DNA of 61,612 nucleotides, counting the filler, from a bacterium (GTDB lineage Bacteria > JACRDZ01 > JAQUKH01), in assembly GCA_028719205.1 (NCBI GenBank). It is 3 parts of 3 records of this genome, joined end to end, with 100 filler letters (N's around TTAATTAATTAA, not from the genome) between each part and the next. Parts side by side here need not be neighbours in the genome. Positions count along the whole stretch, not along the records: positions 42,739 to 61,612 come from JAQUKH010000040.1; 2 more parts are not named here. One strand, written 5' to 3'. Positions 58,314-61,612 of the stretch are shown here, one piece after another. The notes below the pieces were generated by a model. It was not told where the DNA came from, ran no database searches, and saw nothing but the letters and a program-made list of their open reading frames with translations. The first letter of the stretch is position 1, and each line of letters starts with the position of its first letter. Both the position numbers and the translations under genes were made by a program.

Positions 58314-59243
58314 TTAAATTTTATTTAATGTAAAATTCCCTTTTGAAGTCTCCGTATGAGGAGGATTCTGGAAATTGGTAGTAGCCTCATAAGTACCAGT
58401 CATTGTATTCCCATTTACTGTTGCAATGTCAGTAATAATACTGCTCCATGAATTATCACTGCTTGTTTCCATCAGTGTATAATTAAAATTATTCCCGTTA
58501 ACTGTTCCGCTGGTTACGACATAATTTCCATTTAAAGTTAAATTAAGGCCGTTCCCACTAATGTTATTACCTGTCTGTGTAAAATTAAAATGAATTACAC
58601 CGTTACCCAACATACCGGTACTGTGAACTGTATCATTGTAAGTTCCTTGCCATGTTCCTGTTAGATTAACGGATGTCGATCCGATTGTTGTTCCACCGGT
58701 TGTTAATGAAAAATTTCCTTTAATTACCGCAGGACTATTTCCTTGTGTTATAACAGTACGTTCAAATGTACCGCTAATTGTATTACCATTTAATATACCA
58801 TTATACTGTATTGTATCTGAACCTAATGGACTCAACGGACCATTTGTAACCGTAAAACTTATATTATTCCCTGAAATCATTCCATTACTGAAATTATTTA
58901 AATTAGCCTGCGGCATACCGCTCCTCTGAAAATAACCGCCTCCGGAAAATGAGGTAAAACTGTTCTGGTTAAAAGTAAAATAAAGGATACCGCTTCCTAA
59001 CATCCCGGGTTTATTATTGGATGTTTCCTGAAATGTACCCTGCCAGGTACCATTCATCTGCCCGGCAGTTTGAGTTCCGCCTGTTCCGCCAGTAGTACCA
59101 CCGCTCCCGCCTGAACCACCTGTACCACTTGCTGAGGTTGTATCATTATTGCTGCTACTGCCTGGCAATTCACAGCCAGAACTAATAAAAAACACAAAAA
59201 TTGCGATTACACAACTTAATCTAATTAACAATTTACTTTTCAT
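58314..59243 (-). CDS. Lipoprotein paralog with two beta-rich repeat domains
   Basis: Lipobox ISSG-C ELPG; two GTWQGT...GMLG.G...F.F.Q...GNT..GT...KGNF.L repeats; SD AGGAGG. Confidence 0.7.
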   Translation of the reverse strand: MKSKLLIRLSCVIAIFVFFISSGCELPGSSSNNDTTSASGTGGSGGSGGTTGGTGGTQTAGQMNGTWQGTFQETSNNKPGMLGSGILYFTFNQNSFTSFSGGGYFQRSGMPQANLNNFSNGMISGNNISFTVTNGPLSPLGSDTIQYNGILNGNTISGTFERTVITQGNSPAVIKGNFSLTTGGTTIGSTSVNLTGTWQGTYNDTVHSTGMLGNGVIHFNFTQTGNNISGNGLNLTLNGNYVVTSGTVNGNNFNYTLMETSSDNSWSSIITDIATVNGNTMTGTYEATTNFQNPPHTETSKGNFTLNKI

Positions 59244-59299
59244 TTAGCCAACCTCCTATTTTTAGATATTATATCAAATTACATATTTTTTTTCAATAC

Positions 59300-59334
59300 A
59301 AAAAAAAGGAGTTCCGATAAATCGGAACTCCTTT
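59300..59334 (-). terminator. rRNA operon terminator
   Basis: AAAGGAGTTCCGAT-AA-ATCGGAACTCCTTT with an A-run, downstream of 5S. Confidence 0.8.
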
Positions 59335-59344
59335 AAATTTTAAT

Positions 59345-59463
59345 CCCCAGCAGCGTCCTACTTTCCCATACAGTCTCCCATATAGTATCATCGGCCCTCG
59401 GAGGCTTAACTGCCGTGTTCTGAATGGGAACGGGTGTTTCCCTCCCGGCAAGGCCACTGGAGA
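59345..59463 (-). rRNA. rrf: 5S rRNA
   Basis: Reverse complement contains ACACCCGTTCCCATTCAGAACACGGCAGTTAAGC and GGGAAAGTAGGACGCTGCTGG. Confidence 0.95.
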
Positions 59464-59527
59464 ATATCTATTTTCTTAAACAATTAATATATCTTACAAT
59501 TTTATATTCAAGTCGAAAGCTAAACTA

Positions 59528-61612
<2,085 letters not shown>

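Overview
Low-GC bacterial DNA from an anaerobe, probably diderm (outer-membrane beta-barrels, LpxL-like acyltransferase, CsgG-like protein). The window is three contigs joined by artificial N-linkers (22981-23080, 42639-42738), so adjacency across these gaps means nothing. Contig 1 holds an Ehr-type complex (hyfBCEFG-like; the large subunit lacks the Ni-binding cysteines) running into a reverse rubrerythrin and an hdrCBA-flxDCBA electron-bifurcation cluster. That cluster is interrupted by acs and by an AT-rich OLD-nuclease + Schlafen gene pair, and is followed by housekeeping genes and tRNA-Cys. Contig 2 holds mgtA, envelope genes, yajQ, valS (two in-frame repeat insertions), cimA (hairpin/uORF leader), a B12-radical SAM + alpha-oxoamine synthase + 7TM histidine kinase cassette that resembles a signal synthase/receptor system, nadE and a fadL-like gene. 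Contig 3 holds a signalling operon in which two proteins share an uncharacterised AVGREL tail, an ABC-2 exporter, a frameshifted REP-associated tyrosine transposase, a REP-bracketed 1327-aa nuclease-STAND-TPR (Avs-like) gene, yhcG, bioC, paralogous lipoproteins flanking a csgG-like gene, 5S rRNA and partial 23S rRNA. All assignments come from motif recognition by eye; no database searches were run.
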